Of a DNA stretch of 64,000 bases, positions 50,621-60,529 are shown piece after piece. The stretch's first letter is position 1, and each line of letters begins with the position of its first letter. The translations under genes were made by a program, and so were the position numbers. Source of the stretch: an uncultured Desulfospira sp. (lineage in GTDB: Bacteria > Desulfobacterota > Desulfobacteria > Desulfobacterales > Desulfobacteraceae). The notes beneath the pieces were generated by a model that saw nothing but the letters and a program-made list of their open reading frames with translations, was not told the origin of the DNA and searched no databases. The DNA is taken from contig OY760175.1 in assembly GCA_963663165.1 (NCBI GenBank), positions 3,232,001 to 3,296,000 on the forward strand, given 5' to 3'.

Positions 50621-51985
50621 ATGGATATGGCACTACCCGAAAAAGAAATTGAAATTAAACGGCGGATTGCGGTATTGGCGTGCATCATGGTTGGGGTTTT
50701 AATGGTCTGCCCATATGGGATGCACGGGTCATCGGCAGCCCGGGTTTTAAAGGGCATGGCCGGGGGGGATGCCCTGGTCACCGGTTTTATGATTTTTGGT
50801 TTCTTTGCCCTGGCTGAACTGCTGTGGCGCATTGTGCTTGTGGCGATGTATGTACCGGTTTCAGGCCTGCCGGATGAACTTTTGCCCACCTGCACGGTGG
50901 TGGTGCCGGCCTATAATGAGGGGCGCCAGGTATTTCTCACCCTTGAAAGCCTTGCCAAAAGCAACTACCCCAAAGATAAAGTCCAGTTTGTTGCCGTTGA
51001 CGACGGCAGCCTGGATGATACCTGGAAGTGGATCGAACATGCCCGCCATACACTGAACCGGCCGGTACTCACCATCCGCCTTCCCAGAAACCAGGGCAAA
51101 CGGCATGCACTGGATGCCGGGTTCCGCAAGGGAATGGGGGAAGTCCTGGTAACCGTGGACAGCGACTGCCTGGTGGAACCCGATACCTTAAGAAACCTGG
51201 TGGTGCCCTTTGTGTTTGACCGAAATGTGGGTGGCGTGGCCGGGAATGTCCGGGTCCTGAACCAGTCCGACGGGCTTATCCCGAAAATGGTGGATGTGGT
51301 CTTTGTCTACAGCTTTGATTTCATGCGGGCAAGCCAGAGCATGGTCCGTACGGTAATGTGTACCCCGGGGGCGTTGTCGGCCTACCGGAAATCCGTTGTC
51401 ATGAATATCCTTGACGAGTGGATTCACCAGCAGTTTCTGGGGCAGCCCGCCAATATCGGGGAAGACCGGGCCATGACCAACCTGATCATCCGGCAGGGGT
51501 ATGACGTGGTGTTCCAGCAGAACGCCAGGGTGTATACCCAGGTTCCGGTGACTTATTCCCAGTTGTGTAAAATGTACTTGCGGTGGGCCCGAAGCAACGT
51601 CAGAGAAACCCTTGCCATGGCCGGGTTTATATTTACCCCCTTTCGCAAAGGCTCGAAGCTTGGGGCCCGAATCAACCTGATTTCAGATGTGATGAAACTG
51701 ACCAAAACCCAGGTTTTTCTGGGCATTGCCTGGGGCCTGATTCTCTGGCAGCCAGCGATTTTCGGCAGCGGGGCCGTGATGGGCATTGTCCTTGGTTCAA
51801 GCCTGTCAGCAGCCATTTACGCATGGAAATTCGGCCGGTTCTCATCCCTGCTGGCATTTGCCTACGGGTTTTTCTTTTTCACGGCCCTAAGCTGGATCAA
51901 ACCCTACGCCCTGTTCACGGTGAGCAATTCCGCCTGGCTTACCCGGACCGTTCCCCAGGGGGCACCGTCCCATGCGGGATGTTAA
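50621..51985 (+). CDS. Processive GT2 glycosyltransferase (hyaluronan synthase/NodC-like)
   Basis: PAYNE, DDGS, GKRHA, VDSD, CTPGALSAYR, GEDR, LRW; flanking TM helices. Confidence 0.85.
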   Translation: MDMALPEKEIEIKRRIAVLACIMVGVLMVCPYGMHGSSAARVLKGMAGGDALVTGFMIFGFFALAELLWRIVLVAMYVPVSGLPDELLPTCTVVVPAYNEGRQVFLTLESLAKSNYPKDKVQFVAVDDGSLDDTWKWIEHARHTLNRPVLTIRLPRNQGKRHALDAGFRKGMGEVLVTVDSDCLVEPDTLRNLVVPFVFDRNVGGVAGNVRVLNQSDGLIPKMVDVVFVYSFDFMRASQSMVRTVMCTPGALSAYRKSVVMNILDEWIHQQFLGQPANIGEDRAMTNLIIRQGYDVVFQQNARVYTQVPVTYSQLCKMYLRWARSNVRETLAMAGFIFTPFRKGSKLGARINLISDVMKLTKTQVFLGIAWGLILWQPAIFGSGAVMGIVLGSSLSAAIYAWKFGRFSSLLAFAYGFFFFTALSWIKPYALFTVSNSAWLTRTVPQGAPSHAGC

Positions 51986-51992
51986 AAACAGG

Positions 51993-53135
51993 TTATTTCC
52001 GGTGCAGAATAAAGCCGCCGCAAAGGGCCGTAAAGGGGGCCACGGCCACCAGGCCAAAGCTGCCGATGAGTGTTTTGAGGATCTCTGATGAGACGTAAAT
52101 CAGGTTAAATGTGTTTGACAGGGGGACCCCCTGGGCCATGAAGGCCATGAGCAGGGTGATATATCCCCCGGAATAGGCAAACAAAAGCGTGGTGGTCATG
52201 GTGCCGGTGACGGCCCGGCCCACATTCAGGCCGGAACCCATTAACTCAAGAATGGAAATGTCCGGATCTCGCTCTACCACCGCCTGCATGCTGGCCGCCA
52301 CATCCATGGCAAGGTCCATGACCGCCCCGGAGCAGGCCAGAAAAACGGCGGCCATAAAAATTTTGGTCAGGTTCAGGTGCCCGAACCCGGCGTAAAGCAG
52401 GGTCTCGGCAAAGGGAAGCACCGCGCCGTGGACATGAATCTTCTGTGTAAAATAGATGGATAAAAGGCCGCTGGTCAGGATGCCGAGCATGCTGCCGGCC
52501 AGGGCCGTGGCCCCTTTTTTGTTTAAGCCGGCCACCAGAAGGATAATGACGGTGCAAAGAAAAAAAGTAATTCCCAATGTCAGGATCACCGGGTCCCACC
52601 CTTTGAGCAGCATGGGCACCAGCACTTTCCACAGGGTAAGGGCGGCAAAGACAAAAGACAGCAGGGCCTTGATCCCGGTGATGCCCCCGAAACAGACCAG
52701 CAGAACGGCAAACAGGCACAGCAGCACGCCTTCAAGGCCGATCCGGTAATGGGCTTCCGGATTGACGAACACCACGTTTCCTTCTTTATCAAGGCTTAAC
52801 ACCACAAAGGCGGTATCCCCTGGCGCAAACAGGGTGTCCCTGTCCATCCGGCCGAGCAGGGGGTTGTTTGCCTTGAATACCTTTCCCTTGAACGGGCCGG
52901 ATAATATCTTAATTTCCACCAGCTGGTCGCCGGTTTTAATCAGGTTAATCTGTTGGACATGGTCGTTGTCTGCGGCAATAATCTGCCCCCGGCAGCGGAC
53001 CGCCGTTTGTCCGGTCCTTTTTTCAAAGCCCGTGGGAATGGCCAGCAGGATAATGGATAAAAAGATAAAAAAAACGATCAGAAGGGCATCGCTTTTATTG
53101 ACTTTGAAATGGGCAAACAAACAGCGCGTTTTCAT
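51993..53135 (-). CDS. YibE/F family membrane protein
   Basis: GAVMDLAMDVAASM, GLNVGRAVTGTMTTTLLFAYSG, multiple TM segments. Confidence 0.85.
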   Translation of the reverse strand: MKTRCLFAHFKVNKSDALLIVFFIFLSIILLAIPTGFEKRTGQTAVRCRGQIIAADNDHVQQINLIKTGDQLVEIKILSGPFKGKVFKANNPLLGRMDRDTLFAPGDTAFVVLSLDKEGNVVFVNPEAHYRIGLEGVLLCLFAVLLVCFGGITGIKALLSFVFAALTLWKVLVPMLLKGWDPVILTLGITFFLCTVIILLVAGLNKKGATALAGSMLGILTSGLLSIYFTQKIHVHGAVLPFAETLLYAGFGHLNLTKIFMAAVFLACSGAVMDLAMDVAASMQAVVERDPDISILELMGSGLNVGRAVTGTMTTTLLFAYSGGYITLLMAFMAQGVPLSNTFNLIYVSSEILKTLIGSFGLVAVAPFTALCGGFILHRK

Positions 53136-53230
53136 GGCAACCCCTGCCAGGCCTTAATTCGTGAGAAAAACAAAGACGGTGCAATGGAAAACTGCGGCAC
53201 CGTTTTATTTTATGGTGTGATCCCCCCCCC

Positions 53231-54682
53231 TTAATTCACGGTAAAGACCGGTGCCGGCGAAAGCCCCATGACCGCCATCAGCTTGAGGGCAATCTCGGTA
53301 TTGTCGTACATTCCCTGAAAGGTCATGGCGCCAACCCCGACCGCAGAGGTACTGACCGGAACCCCGGTGTGGTTATAGGAGGTCCAGGCAATGCCGGCCT
53401 TCTGGTTTAACAGGTGGGTAATGGATACCGTAAGCGGGTTGTACCCGCCGTAAAGCAGGTAGGTCTGAGGATCGGGTTTTACCGCCTGGCCGGCCATGGC
53501 CCGGTCAAAGGCCTTTTCAAGAATGGCCACTTCAAAGTCTTGAAGGGATAACGGGTTATCAGACCCGTCAAATTTAAGCCCGAAGACAGCGGTAATCTTG
53601 GGTTTCACATCGCCAAAGGAGACCGCTTTATCTTCTTTGAGCCTGGCCATCACGTATTGATCAAAGTAGGCAAAAGACTTTTTCTGGGCTGAAAGAATGT
53701 CAAAGTGGGTGTTATACCGGGTGCCGGCAAACCCCAGGGACATCCCGCCGCATTCATGATCCCCGGTAACAACGATGGTGGTGTCTTCCGGGTGCTGTTT
53801 GTAAAATTCATAGGCGGCTGCCACGGCCTGGTCAAAAGCCACGGTGTCCCGGATGGATGCTGTGGCATCGTTGGCATGGCAGGCCCAGTCAATTTTACCG
53901 CCTTCCACCATCATGAAAAAGCCCTTGTCATTGTCTAAAACCTCAATGCCTTTTTGTGTAAACCGGGCAAGGGAAATATCCGCATCCGCGGCATCCATGT
54001 CATAGGGAAGGGCTTTGCTGCGCTCAAGCCATTGGTTGAAGGTAAAAATTTTTCCGTCTTTTGGGGAAAGCCGGTTAAAGGCCTCTGTGCCCTGGGCAAT
54101 GGTGTAACCGTTTTTTTTGATCAGGTCCATGGCATGGCCTTCAAATCTGGCCGGGTCCCCTTTCTGGTTTTCAGGGTCTTTAAGCCCGCCGCCGGCAAAA
54201 TAGTCAAACCCGCTTCTGGCCAGAGCCACGGCAATATCATAGTATTGAGATCTTGCAGGGACATGGGCATAAAATGCGGCCGGGGTGGCGTGGTCAATGG
54301 AAACGCTGGAGACAATGCCCACCTTTTTCCCCTGTTCTTTGGCCATTTCGGCAATGGTCTTCATGGGCCTGAGGGCTTCGTCAACGCCGATCCGGCCGAT
54401 GGTTGTTTTTTTGCCGCAGGCCAGTGCCGTTGCACTGGCAGCGGAACCGGTAATAAATCTGTCGGCGGCATGGGTGGTGGTAATGCCCTGGGCGGGAAAG
54501 GTTTCCATGAGCAGTTTTTGCTGCATGAACTGGCTGGCGGCAACTCTCTGGGGAATTCCCATGCCGTCTCCGATAAACAGAAAGGTATATTTTGCGGTCT
54601 TGGCAAAGGTGACACCCGGGCAAAGCAGCAGACAGACAAAGGCTGCGACAAAAAATGCGTTCAATCTGTTAAAGGATTCCAT
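53231..54682 (-). CDS. phoA: Alkaline phosphatase
   Basis: Signal peptide; FIGDGMG, SAASATA, HATPA, MVEGGKIDWACHAND, TGDHE, HTG. Confidence 0.9.
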   Translation of the reverse strand: MESFNRLNAFFVAAFVCLLLCPGVTFAKTAKYTFLFIGDGMGIPQRVAASQFMQQKLLMETFPAQGITTTHAADRFITGSAASATALACGKKTTIGRIGVDEALRPMKTIAEMAKEQGKKVGIVSSVSIDHATPAAFYAHVPARSQYYDIAVALARSGFDYFAGGGLKDPENQKGDPARFEGHAMDLIKKNGYTIAQGTEAFNRLSPKDGKIFTFNQWLERSKALPYDMDAADADISLARFTQKGIEVLDNDKGFFMMVEGGKIDWACHANDATASIRDTVAFDQAVAAAYEFYKQHPEDTTIVVTGDHECGGMSLGFAGTRYNTHFDILSAQKKSFAYFDQYVMARLKEDKAVSFGDVKPKITAVFGLKFDGSDNPLSLQDFEVAILEKAFDRAMAGQAVKPDPQTYLLYGGYNPLTVSITHLLNQKAGIAWTSYNHTGVPVSTSAVGVGAMTFQGMYDNTEIALKLMAVMGLSPAPVFTVN

Positions 54683-54796
54683 TGGACGCTCTGGGAAATG
54701 ACGGGTTTAAATTTCGGCCGGGCCTTACCCGGTAATGGTAAGGCCCGGCGCAGACGGAACGGATGGATGGCAGGCAGCCGGGGTCCTGAAAAAAAA

Positions 54797-55309
54797 TCAG
54801 GTCGGCGGCACCATCATCACCGGTATTTTTGAACGGCGCATCACGGATTTAATCGTGGAGCCAATGGCATTGTCTTTCAGGAAATTCTCCCGTGCCCCCA
54901 GAACGATCAGGCCGCAGTCAAATTTTTTGGCAGCGCTGATGATTTCATCCACCAGATCTCCATCGGCTACAACGATTTCTCTGGACTGATAAGTGCAGGA
55001 ATCGTCCTCAATGCCGGCATTGGTGCAGAACTGGTTCAATGCCTCGCGGATCAGGTTGGAAGATGACTGTTTTCCAATCAGGGCCTGCCGGGCAGAGTTG
55101 GAGTTTCTCTGTACCAGGGCCTCAAACTCTTCGTTGCCCAGCATCCCTTTAAGGCGGCTTTCAACATAGTCGGGCATCTGGGCCAGTACGTGAACCAGGA
55201 CCAGCGTGGCCTGATTTTGAACGGCCAGGGTTGCCGCCATTTCAAATGCCGGGATGCAGCTTTCAGACAGATTGGTGGCAAAAAGGATGGATTTAATGGG
55301 TTTGAGCAT
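54797..55309 (-). CDS. Universal stress protein
   Basis: IKSILFATNLS, LIVLG, IGSTIKSVMRRSKIPVMMVP; GGAG RBS before ATG 55309. Confidence 0.88.
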   Translation of the reverse strand: MLKPIKSILFATNLSESCIPAFEMAATLAVQNQATLVLVHVLAQMPDYVESRLKGMLGNEEFEALVQRNSNSARQALIGKQSSSNLIREALNQFCTNAGIEDDSCTYQSREIVVADGDLVDEIISAAKKFDCGLIVLGARENFLKDNAIGSTIKSVMRRSKIPVMMVPPT

Positions 55310-55532
55310 GTCTGTTCTCCAATTTCTATTATAAATTAATAAGCCAATTGTAACGGTTCCATAAAAAACCCTCGGGCTTTCATCCATTTGATTGTAAAAA
55401 AATTAAAGCGCCCTTTGTCACGGATTTTACTGCATTAACCCTAATTATAAGGTTTCATATCGCGCTGTCAACACAACATAAGAGAATTGTGTGTAATATT
55501 TCATGCAATTCAATGTTCATCTATAATACAAA

Positions 55533-55690
55533 TCAAACAGATAACCGGGCCACCACGGCAAATTCCAGTGCGCCGGGATCAAAATCGTCGCCGGCCACGC
55601 TGCCGTAAAACTGTTCTATTACAAGCCCTGCCTTGTTGAATTCCGTTTCAATGGACCCCCCGGGTAAAGTATTGCAGCCAGTTGTACACC
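55533..55690 (-). pseudogene. C-terminal remnant of a probable methyltransferase gene
   Basis: VYNWLQYFT / SIETEFNKAGLVIEQFYGSVAGDDFDPGALEFAVVAR, split by a frameshift in a G-run; no N-terminus. Confidence 0.45.
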
Positions 55691-55741
55691 ACCCGCATGC
55701 GTGATTTTTCATGGAACATGTTTTAATCCCACCTGGAAAAA

Positions 55742-56933
55742 CTACTTCACTTTGAATTCCTTTAGCCGGGTGCATTCAATAAGCCGATCCAGGGTTTTTG
55801 CGGTGAATACTTTTCCCCTTGTGGCATGAATCATTTTTTTCATATCTTCCCTGCGTACCCCGAAACCACGACCGCCAATACAGGCAATAACTTCGTATCG
55901 AGGATCATCCTCGGTACGACCGGCAATGCTCAACTCTCCAAGGTGCTGGATGCGAGTCACTTTGTCACGGGCTGTTCCGTCATCCTCGGTAATTTTTGCT
56001 TCTATAATCACCTTGGGGTTGAATTCACTTGGAATGATAAAGTCCGGGGTCTGATCAAAACCCTCAATTCGTTCTGCCCGTTTGGTTTTCCTGAAACTTA
56101 TACCGGCGTTTGATAGAACATTTTCAATGGCAGATTCAAGGCTGTCACCGATTAAGTCGCTTACTGAATCCCTGTGCCCGGCAAAGGGCCTGCCAAGAAA
56201 TCTTTCATAGAGCAGCATGGCATACGGTGCGCCCATCCCGGAAAGATTCCGGATCCCCTCAAGGCCATATTTTGTATCTGCTTTGTCCAGGCGGTGCAAT
56301 TGATCCGGCTTCACTTCACCGCCCCCGGCAAAAAGCAATTGACAGGCCGTTTTAACCATTGCTCTAAGCCGTTCAGCTGTAACGCCACGAACCTTTAGTT
56401 GTGATTCCGGGTCCATTCTGACTTTTCTGTCCAGAGAACGGACAAACCCCTGGGTTACTGAAACCCCGGTTTTTTGTGTTGTGACATATCCCCATTCAGG
56501 CGGCGTAAACCCCAACATTGAACGTAAAACGATGATGCTGATCGGCTCAGTAACTGTGGTAGAAAAAATTTTATCCGGGTCCAGTTGAAAAAATCCCTTT
56601 GTTGCCATTTTCAAGGCCTCGTATCCACGCTCAAAAACCGGATATTCCACAAATCCTGACCCTTTGGGCATAACCAAAAATTCTGATTCCAGACAGGCAA
56701 ACACACTGTCAACATAAGGTTCCGGGTTTTCAAGAAAGGCGGTAACTGTTCAGCAGTGCCCCATCTTCGCTCATTCAGGCCTTCTCACATAGCAACAGTA
56801 TGCTACGAAGGCCTGACTAAACAAATATGAAGCACTGATGAACAGTTACGGACCCTTGTTTTGCTTAGTTTTCAGCATTAGCTGAATAGTTACGAAAGGC
56901 GTCCAAAGATACTTCAAAAGGAAACATCGTCAT
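55742..56933 (-). pseudogene. PD-(D/E)xK restriction endonuclease-like gene interrupted by a MITE
   Basis: TPDFIIP...VIIEAK motif; removing the MITE and one TSD gives MTMFPFEVSLDAFLENPEPYVDSVFACLESEF, overlapping the MTase stop. Confidence 0.75.
56742..56893 (-). mobile_element. 152-bp MITE, copy 3
   Basis: Exact reverse complement of copies 1 and 2; TSD GAAAGGCG (56734-56741, 56894-56901). Confidence 0.95.
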
Positions 56934-59153
56934 GCTCGGCTCCATATTTGGCTTGGTTTTCGTTAACGCTAAATAACAAAGGTAACGGTCTTTGTGTGTT
57001 TGCTTTTTCGCCTTTCATACAATCGTATACCTGTTCACAGCTTCCGAAATGATGAAGCCAGTTCTTTACTTTTGCAATGCGTGATTTGGTCGGTTCGGTT
57101 TTATTCCATTCAAGACGTAATGACCAGATTGCCAGACGAATCAAATGCCCGTAGACAACGCACCTGGTATCGCCAAAGGTTGGTCTGACATTGCCGGCTT
57201 TCAAGAGATTCAAGTCATTTTCAACAATTTGCGCAACATCCTCAGGTGAATCAGCCAACCACTTTCGTAACATGGTTCCGGTTTGTCTGCAGACAAAAAT
57301 CGTGTCAATGATTGATGAAGCAGTTCCCTTTATATGAATGGAGGCCCCCATTTCAGCAGGACAGGGAAGTGTCGCAGAACAGGTCAGCCCTGCATCCGCC
57401 ACCGGATAATAGGCTTCAAGTTTATTATGATGATAGGTGAATGCCAGAGGTGCCCCGGGTTTCAACGCTTTTGTCATGCGTTGGAAAACAGCAGAAAGCC
57501 CATCCGTAAAATGTTCAATTCCCCGGCCCATGTCCGCATTGCCGGTCAGTTCTCCTGGTGTCCGGGTGGAAGCGGCACGGAAGGTGTTTGAATTTTTGCC
57601 AATCAGTTTTCTAAGCCAGACATAACAAAAATCCATAAGTTCTGCATATTGGACATTTCCGAAATACGGCGGGTCAGTAAAAACCGCATTCAGTGAATTG
57701 TCAGGAATGCTGCAGAATGCGGCGTCCCGGCATGAAATGTTAACCCTTCGCTTCTGTTCAGCAGCATTGCCATTTAAATGATCACCTATCCATTCTCCGG
57801 GAATGGGAATAATTTTTTTAGTCCGGCCGTGGTACCGGACCTCGAAGGGATGATCACAATAAGCCTTTGCTTTTTTGAATTTTTCAATGATATTGGACCA
57901 CCCGCCGCTTCCAATACACATATTACGTCCTGGAGCCATGATGCCCAGAAAATTTGACTCGCATTGAATTAAGCCCACCGGGAAGCCGTGAACGGAAAAG
58001 ATATCAAGGGATTTCAAGGCCCTGCTGTCATATCTACACAACATATTCTGATACCGCAGCAGATCAGAAAGATTTGTTGCCAGCGCATTGCGTATACGTT
58101 CATCCGGTGTTGCTGCAATTAAGCGGGCTGACAGTTCCATGCCCAGAAGCTGCCGATCATTAAACATTTGTTTATAATGTGTGTACCCCCATCGGTGGAG
58201 ACGGTCTGTTTCATCTCCGCTAGGAATTTTATCAGCAGGAACAGATTCCTGCTGCATTCCGGCCCAGCGTTCCTCAACCTGATGAAGCCGGTTCAAATCG
58301 TCTTCATCAGGGGCTTTAAAAAAACGGCCGGTATGGAATGGCGTACATTCCGGGCAATGGTATTCTATGGCAAAAAGCCTGTGCCGGGGAGCACCACGGC
58401 TTGCATCGGGATAACTGTTCATTGTTCCGCAAGCCGGACATGGGCAGCGTCCCCGGCCCGCCGGGCCGGTCGTCAGCAGTTTTGTAGCGCAATGGGCGCA
58501 AGCGCCTGGATTCTTCCTGTCACTGGTTTCGGTCAGTTTCCCGCAGGCAGGACAAACAAAGACATTTTTCGGGTGTCTGGCATCGGAAGCGAGAAGATAG
58601 CCCAGGAACAGATCAATCCTCTTTCCACATTGGTGGCATGATGCGATTTTCACCCATAAAAAGTATTTTACATGGGCGTTTGGGGAGCCGCAACATAAAC
58701 AGCGGGTTCGGTGGAATGTCCCCATCTCATTTTCCAGTGTTGCCTTAAAGGCTTGGGCAGCCTCTGAATAGGCATCAAGGTTGAGGTGCTCAATCTCCTG
58801 TTTGACGATCCAGAAGGACATGGGATTGATATCAAATCCCGTAACATCACATCCGATACGATTGGCTTCTATAATTGGGGTTCCGCCCCCCATAAAAGGA
58901 TCACAGAATTGGGGTTCCGCCCCCCCATAAAAGGATCACAGATATGAAGCCCTGAAAGATTGTTGGGTCTGTAAAACGTTTCGTGCAGTTGTTCTTGTAA
59001 AAATTCGGCCAATAGAAGGCCTCTGAATAATGTACCAGGCCTTCTTGCAAACCATTTGTGTACAGCGATAATCGGGCGGTAATTCTGCTGAATTTGTTTT
59101 TCCCGAAGCGCAATATTGGAAATGAATGGTATATCAAATTTTTTTTCGATCAT
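56914..59153 (-). pseudogene. Amino-(adenine) DNA methyltransferase with Zn ribbons (DUF1156-like N-terminus), frameshifted by a tandem duplication
   Basis: HKWFARRP, motif I DPFMGGGT, multiple CxxC, motif IV TDPPY; split into 58869-59153 and 56914-58893. Confidence 0.82.
58873..58941. repeat. 34/35-bp tandem duplication with C6 vs C7 tract
   Basis: AATTGGGGTTCCG(C6)ATAAAAGGATCACAG followed by AATTGGGGTTCCG(C7)ATAAAAGGATCACAG. Confidence 0.92.
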
Positions 59154-59244
59154 TAGATTTGATTATCTGTCGCGGGCTATAGTGTCAAGGTTGTTTTTTT
59201 CAATTCACAAAGCTCGAATAATTGGCAAATCAACCGGGGAGTAA

Positions 59245-60528
59245 TCAAGAAAGGTTTCCCGGAATAAAGTCAACCATTGTGGAATGCCTGCCTAAGCAGA
59301 CCGTGGCAAAGGTCTCCGGCATCCGGCTGATGATTTTCCCGGACCGGATTACGAAAAGGCGCAGGGGCCGCAGGCGAATGGCGTCAATTTTAGACCGGGC
59401 CTGGAGAATGACCATGTCCGCTTTGCATCCCTTTGCAAGGCCGTAGTTTTCAAGGTTCAGGGTTTTGGCCCCATGAAGGGTGACGGCATCAAACAGGGTC
59501 TCTAACTGGCCGGTGCCGGTCATGTGAAGGGCATGGGCCGCCATGTGGGCCACATCCAGCATGTCATGGGAGCCCAAAGGGTACCAGGGGTCCATGATAT
59601 CGTCATGGCCGAGGCTCACGTTGATGCCGGCCGCCAGAAGTTCGGGCACCCGCATCAGCCCCCGCCGTTTGGGATAGGCATCATGCCGGCCCTGAAGGTT
59701 CATGTTGACCAGAGGATTACAGATACAGCTGATGCCGGCTTCCCGGATCAGGGCAAAGAGTTTGGTCACATAATAGTTGTCCATGGCATGCATGGAGGTC
59801 AGATGAGATCCGGCCACCCGGCCGCCCAGCCCGAGCCGCTGGGTTTCAAAGGCCAGCCGTTCGATGTGCCGGGACATGGGGTCGTCGGATTCATCACAGT
59901 GCATGTCCACCATGAGCCCCCTTTTTTCGGCCATCTCGCACAACAGTTTTACAGATTCACCCCCCTGGTCCATGGTCCGTTCAAAATGGGGAATCCCCCC
60001 CACCACATCCACGCCCCGGTCCAGGGCCCGGTTAAGGTTTTCCACCCCCTTGGGGATACGCAACACCCCGTCCTGGGGAAAGGCCACCAGCTGAAGGTCG
60101 ATAAAGGGGGCCATTTCTTTTTTGATATCCAGGAGCACATCCACGGCCATAAGGCGTTCATCGGAGGTGTCCACATGGCTGCGTACGGCAAGGTTTCCCT
60201 GGGCCACAGACCAGTGCAGCAGTTCCAGGGCCCGTTTTCGCACCCCGTCAGGGGTCAGGTCGGGTTTGAGTTCCCCCCAGATGTTAATGCCTTCTAAAAG
60301 GGTGCCTGAATCGTTTTTCCGGGGCATGCCATACGTCAGGGTGCCGTCTAAGTGAACGTGGCTGTCCACAAAGGGAGATGTTACCAGAAACCCTTTGGCG
60401 TCAACGGTTTCAACGGCCCGGGCATCAAGGGCCTGGGCCACCTCACAGATAAGGCCGTCCCTGCAGCCGATCTGCATTAAATCCTTTTTCCCGTGAATCC
60501 GGGCATTAATGACCAGAAGATCAAGCAT
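59245..60528 (-). CDS. codA: Cytosine deaminase-like amidohydrolase
   Basis: FVDSHVHLD, SGTLLEGI, VAFPQDG, GGIPHFE, HCDE, GHDDIMDPWYPLG. Confidence 0.88.
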   Translation of the reverse strand: MLDLLVINARIHGKKDLMQIGCRDGLICEVAQALDARAVETVDAKGFLVTSPFVDSHVHLDGTLTYGMPRKNDSGTLLEGINIWGELKPDLTPDGVRKRALELLHWSVAQGNLAVRSHVDTSDERLMAVDVLLDIKKEMAPFIDLQLVAFPQDGVLRIPKGVENLNRALDRGVDVVGGIPHFERTMDQGGESVKLLCEMAEKRGLMVDMHCDESDDPMSRHIERLAFETQRLGLGGRVAGSHLTSMHAMDNYYVTKLFALIREAGISCICNPLVNMNLQGRHDAYPKRRGLMRVPELLAAGINVSLGHDDIMDPWYPLGSHDMLDVAHMAAHALHMTGTGQLETLFDAVTLHGAKTLNLENYGLAKGCKADMVILQARSKIDAIRLRPLRLFVIRSGKIISRMPETFATVCLGRHSTMVDFIPGNLS

Positions 60529-60529
60529 A

